Shown here: in pieces, positions 8,692-11,582 of the stretch
Layout: each line of letters begins with the position of its first letter
Position numbering within the stretch: position 1 is the stretch's first letter
Assembly: GCA_964449725.1 (NCBI GenBank)
Contig: CAYUZL010000070.1
Location: 1 to 11,582 of the forward strand
Reading direction: 5' to 3'
DNA from: an uncultured Alteromonas sp.
GTDB taxonomy: Bacteria; Pseudomonadota; Gammaproteobacteria; Enterobacterales; Alteromonadaceae
DNA: 11,582 nucleotides
Notes under the pieces: generated by a model
Databases searched by the model: none
What the model saw: only the letters and a program-made list of their open reading frames with translations
What the model was told of the DNA's origin: nothing
Position numbers and translations under genes: made by a program

Positions 8692-10014
8692 TTACTCTGT
8701 TAGCGCCGCATAGGCTATCGCAGTCATAATGTTTTTAGATGCATTAAGGTCTTGAAGGCGGCGCTGGGCTATTTTGTCAAACGTTGCTTTTTCGCTTTTA
8801 GCAATGGGCTGTGCTTTCGGTAAGGTTACGGTTCTAGGGTTGCGGTGAACACCGTCCACAAGAAATTCATAATGTAGGTGTGCGCCAGTTACCATACCCG
8901 TTGAACCTAGATAACCTACAGTTTGACCTTGTTTCACCCAATCGCCTTTTTTCACTGCACGTTTTTTAAAGTGAAGGTATTTCGTGGTGTATTTTTCGCC
9001 GTGTTGAATAAAAACGTGATGACCGTTGAATTTGTCATACCCTGCACGAATAACTTTACCATCTCCTGCAGCCATTACTGGAGTGCCGACAGCTGCTACG
9101 TAATCGGTTCCTCTATGGGCTTTCCAGCGTTTCTGTACAGGGTGAAAACGTGCTTTTTTGAAGTTTGAACTTACGTACCTAAAATCAACGGGAGCGCGTA
9201 AAAAACTTTTACGCATACTACGCCCTTCTGGCGTGTAGTAATTTCCATCTGTGTGCATAACAGCTTGAAAGGTATCACCTTGGTTTATGAACTCTGCTGC
9301 GATAATGTCACCATAACCTACGAAGTCACCGTCGATATAATGTTCCTCAAAGACAACATTAAACATATCACCTTTTCTTAGTTCAATCGCAAAGTCGATA
9401 TCCCAGCCAAATATTCCTGCTAAACGCATAATTAAATTGTCAGTTAATCCGGCTTTGATACCTGCGTTCCAAAAACTACTTTCAATTTGCCCGAACGCAA
9501 AGTTACTTCTTACTTCTATCGGGTTTTCGGTTAGCTGTGTTGAGTAGGATTTAAAATCATCTGAGGCGTCGACAAAGAGTGTTTTTGTATTTGAAAGTTC
9601 GTATCTGAGGCGCTGCAGTTTACCTTCACTGGATTTAACGTAGTCTAGCTGCTCCCCTGGGCGAATGGTTGTTAGAGATTTAGCAAGCTCGCCAGCTTGA
9701 GTTACTAAGTAGGTTTCTTTGGGAGTTAAGCCAGCTCGTTTAAAAATTTTAGCTAGAGTATCACCGGACTTAACAGTAACGTTTTGCCAAACTTCGTCTT
9801 GTAATTCTGCGTTTTCATTGTGTTCTTTAAACTGAGAGGTATTGAGAGATACTGGGTATCGAACACCTGAATCTAAAATATGAGAAGTGGAATGGGGAGA
9901 AATGTCAGCTGATTGGTTTGGTAATGAAATGAACAACACCATTATTCCGCATAGGCCTGACAGCGCTATTCTATGGGGTTTAGGTAAATTTAAAAACAGC
10001 TTAACAATACGCAT
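8692..10014 (-). CDS. mepM: Murein DD-endopeptidase MepM/YebA (M23/LytM peptidase with N-terminal membrane anchor and OapA/LysM-like domain)
   Basis: 440 aa, the same length as E. coli MepM. The N-terminus 'LNLPKPHRIALSGL' matches E. coli 'NNLPRPHRVMLGSL'. An OapA-like 'VTVKSGDTLAKIFKRAGL' is present. M23 catalytic motifs are HRGTDY (HxxxD) and TGMVTGAHLHYEF (HxH), plus 'YTTKYLHF'. Confidence 0.92.
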   Translation of the reverse strand: MRIVKLFLNLPKPHRIALSGLCGIMVLFISLPNQSADISPHSTSHILDSGVRYPVSLNTSQFKEHNENAELQDEVWQNVTVKSGDTLAKIFKRAGLTPKETYLVTQAGELAKSLTTIRPGEQLDYVKSSEGKLQRLRYELSNTKTLFVDASDDFKSYSTQLTENPIEVRSNFAFGQIESSFWNAGIKAGLTDNLIMRLAGIFGWDIDFAIELRKGDMFNVVFEEHYIDGDFVGYGDIIAAEFINQGDTFQAVMHTDGNYYTPEGRSMRKSFLRAPVDFRYVSSNFKKARFHPVQKRWKAHRGTDYVAAVGTPVMAAGDGKVIRAGYDKFNGHHVFIQHGEKYTTKYLHFKKRAVKKGDWVKQGQTVGYLGSTGMVTGAHLHYEFLVDGVHRNPRTVTLPKAQPIAKSEKATFDKIAQRRLQDLNASKNIMTAIAYAALTE

Positions 10015-10033
10015 AATTCTCTCTTATTATTCT

Positions 10034-10063
10034 ACCGCTAAAGAATAAAGCGTTTTTAGCGGT
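10034..10063. promoter_or_regulatory. Perfect 9-bp inverted repeat ACCGCTAAA-N12-TTTAGCGGT in the mepM upstream region
   Basis: Seen directly at 10034-10042 and 10055-10063. It is 20-50 bp upstream of the mepM start codon on the - strand. On the + strand it is followed by GTGTTTT. It is an operator candidate or an RNA hairpin. Confidence 0.4.
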
Positions 10064-10099
10064 GTTTTCAAGTAAAATGAGTCGAATAGGATCGATTTA

Positions 10100-10282
10100 C
10101 TAAAGTGATTTTAGGCGCATCTTATGTAATTCGCTAATCAATTTAGAGTTGTTGATAAATTCATTCTTACCAACTCTAATAAAGCATGTTGCTCTTATTT
10201 CGTTGATATACGAGATTATTCGTGTGATGAAACATAAAACTGCTAAAATAGTCAGTGAAATATAAACTGCAATCTTCTTCAT
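10100..10282 (-). CDS. Possible small (60 aa) membrane peptide, hypothetical
   Basis: MKKIAVYISLTILAVLCFITRII has a Lys-Lys n-region followed by one predicted TM helix. It is divergent from the downstream + strand gene. No convincing SD was found, and the region is AT-rich, so a chance ORF is plausible. Confidence 0.25.
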   Translation of the reverse strand: MKKIAVYISLTILAVLCFITRIISYINEIRATCFIRVGKNEFINNSKLISELHKMRLKSL

Positions 10283-10317
10283 TGCCGACTAATGTATATC
10301 AAGCAATTAGCCATCAA

Positions 10318-10340
10318 TTGACAATAGTTTTGCTTGTCAA
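10318..10340. promoter_or_regulatory. Inverted repeat TTGACAA-N9-TTGTCAA in the divergent intergenic region
   Basis: A perfect 7-bp palindrome arms pair is seen at 10318-10324 and 10334-10340. Both arms also resemble -35 hexamers (TTGACA), in opposite orientations. Confidence 0.35.
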
Positions 10341-10397
10341 ATTAATTGTATTAGGGTGTCTGTTTTTTTTACAGATTTTTAGTCTTAGTAAATGATG

Positions 10398-10422
10398 TTG
10401 AATTAAATCCTTTTTAATTCAA
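10398..10422. promoter_or_regulatory. Perfect 10-bp AT-rich inverted repeat TTGAATTAAA-N5-TTTAATTCAA upstream of the choice-of-anchor gene
   Basis: Seen directly at 10398-10407 and 10413-10422, ~85 nt upstream of the GTG start at 10507. Confidence 0.35.
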
Positions 10423-10506
10423 TAGATTGTGTATTGGAATGATTTTTGCTTATGGTGGTTGTAGTTATTTCGATTTTTAAATTCTCGATTTGGAAAATAT
10501 ACAAAA

Positions 10507-11496
10507 GTGAAAAATAGACTTTTAAATTCTATGTTTAGTGTGAGTATGGCTGTCATTCTTGGTGTGGCAACTTCTTTTGCTTATGCAACTGAAAATACAT
10601 TTGTCACTTACAATCTTATTCTCATACAAGATTATAATTTGTCAGGTGGTGATGTAGAAGGTCAAGCGTTTATTGGTGGTGATTTAAATGCATCAGGTGT
10701 CGCAGAATTCGGTAGTCGCTTATCAAATTTAGATACTGCTGTAGATGCAGTAACAATAGCAGGAACGACCAATGCTCAAACGGTTCGAGTTTTAAATGGC
10801 AACAATGTTGTCTATAACGACTTACCTAATGGGCGAACAGAAAGTAACACATTTGATGTAAATGGAAATGGGACGATAACACAAGACAGTAGCTTGTCTA
10901 TCGATGAGTTGGAAACTGAATTAAGGGCGCAAACAGCCTATTTTGAATCGTTAAGCCCAACTGATGGGGCGGTTTTCAATAATGGTAACTTTTCATACTC
11001 AGGAAATGAATCTACGGTTGTTTTCGATATTGACGCAGACGATTTGTTTTCGAATAACATAAACGCAAATATTGATTTTAACTCTTTGGATACTGTGATC
11101 ATCAATGTTAACGCAGATGTAAATGGTGATGACGTAGCTGACGCGATTAGTGTTAATGGTGGAGTTAACCTTAATGGTTTCGGCAATGCCATAGATACGA
11201 ATGCAGGAACAACAAATGTTGTTTGGAATTTTTATAACGCGACGTCGATTGATTTCAATAACTTGGCTGTACGAGGGGCAGTGCTTGCGCCTTATGCAAA
11301 TATAACTGGCGGAGCAAGTTTTGATGGAGCTGTAGCAGCATTGTCATATACTGGTGCGAGAGAATTCCATAATTTTGTGTTTGATTTTGATATCCCTGAT
11401 GATATCAACCCTCCACAAGAAGTTCCAACTCCTAATGTATTTATACTTATGCTAGTTGGCATGATGTATATAGGTCGAAAACGGCGTTATATCTAA
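10507..11496 (+). CDS. Secreted choice-of-anchor A family protein with PEP-CTERM-like (variant PTP) C-terminal sorting signal
   Basis: 329 aa from a GTG start. There is an N-terminal signal peptide (MKNRLLNSMFSVSMAVILGVATSFAYA|TEN). 'DYNLSGGDVEGQAFIGGDLNASG' resembles the start of the choice-of-anchor A domain (..DYN.F..GD...S.D.EGR.AVGGN..). The body is Asn/Asp/Gly/Thr-rich. The C-terminus is 'PPQEVPTPNVFILMLVGMMYIGRKRRYI', i.e. a Pro motif, a hydrophobic helix and an Arg/Lys cluster, as in exosortase substrates. The alternative in-frame ATG at 10531 lacks a charged n-region. Confidence 0.8.
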   Translation: MKNRLLNSMFSVSMAVILGVATSFAYATENTFVTYNLILIQDYNLSGGDVEGQAFIGGDLNASGVAEFGSRLSNLDTAVDAVTIAGTTNAQTVRVLNGNNVVYNDLPNGRTESNTFDVNGNGTITQDSSLSIDELETELRAQTAYFESLSPTDGAVFNNGNFSYSGNESTVVFDIDADDLFSNNINANIDFNSLDTVIINVNADVNGDDVADAISVNGGVNLNGFGNAIDTNAGTTNVVWNFYNATSIDFNNLAVRGAVLAPYANITGGASFDGAVAALSYTGAREFHNFVFDFDIPDDINPPQEVPTPNVFILMLVGMMYIGRKRRYI

Positions 11497-11527
11497 CGAT
11501 TTTTTCAGGCACTAAAAGCAATATAAG

Positions 11528-11558
11528 AAACCGACGAGCTAATATTCGTCGGTTTTTT
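11528..11558 (+). terminator. Rho-independent terminator downstream of the choice-of-anchor gene
   Basis: AAACCGACGA-GCTAATAT-TCGTCGGTTTTTT: an 8-10 bp GC-containing stem, an 8-nt loop and a T6 run, 32 nt after the stop codon. Confidence 0.85.
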
Positions 11559-11582
11559 GTTAATTCGGTATTCTTCCATAGG

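Noticed and set aside
8923-9168. 81-aa + strand ORF inside mepM
   Set aside because: It is antisense to the conserved M23 peptidase domain, and its product is Phe-rich low complexity.
10938-11192. 84-aa - strand ORF within the choice-of-anchor gene
   Set aside because: It is antisense to a gene with a signal peptide, a recognisable domain and a sorting signal. Coding there is unlikely.

Overview
This window starts at the 3' end of an rRNA operon on the + strand: the last ~365 nt of 23S rRNA, a ~130 nt spacer, 5S rRNA and a GNRA-loop rho-independent terminator. About 170 bp downstream of that terminator there is a sigma70-like promoter. It is followed by three tightly spaced + strand genes that look like a single operon. 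The first two are a YqiJ/NfeD-like membrane protein and a YqiK-type flotillin (SPFH/band-7) with a long Glu/Ala-rich coiled coil. The third is a 1677-aa protein I could not assign to any characterised family: an N-terminal beta-rich region, long coiled-coil/helical regions, and a C-terminal AAA+ ATPase module of the MoxR/dynein-like type. This operon converges, with only 18 bp between stop codons, on a clear MepM/YebA-type M23 murein endopeptidase gene on the - strand. Then comes a ~490 bp AT-rich intergenic hub containing several perfect inverted repeats and a possible 60-aa membrane peptide gene. Last is a secreted choice-of-anchor-A family protein with a variant (PTP) PEP-CTERM-like C-terminal sorting signal, followed by its terminator. 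I saw no mobile elements, CRISPR arrays or tRNAs. The most interesting candidate is the yqiJ-yqiK-giant AAA+ ATPase triad, which may be an undescribed flotillin-coupled membrane/ATPase system. Composition (~41% GC) and the PEP-CTERM-type anchor suggest a marine gammaproteobacterium, possibly Alteromonadales-like, but that is inference.
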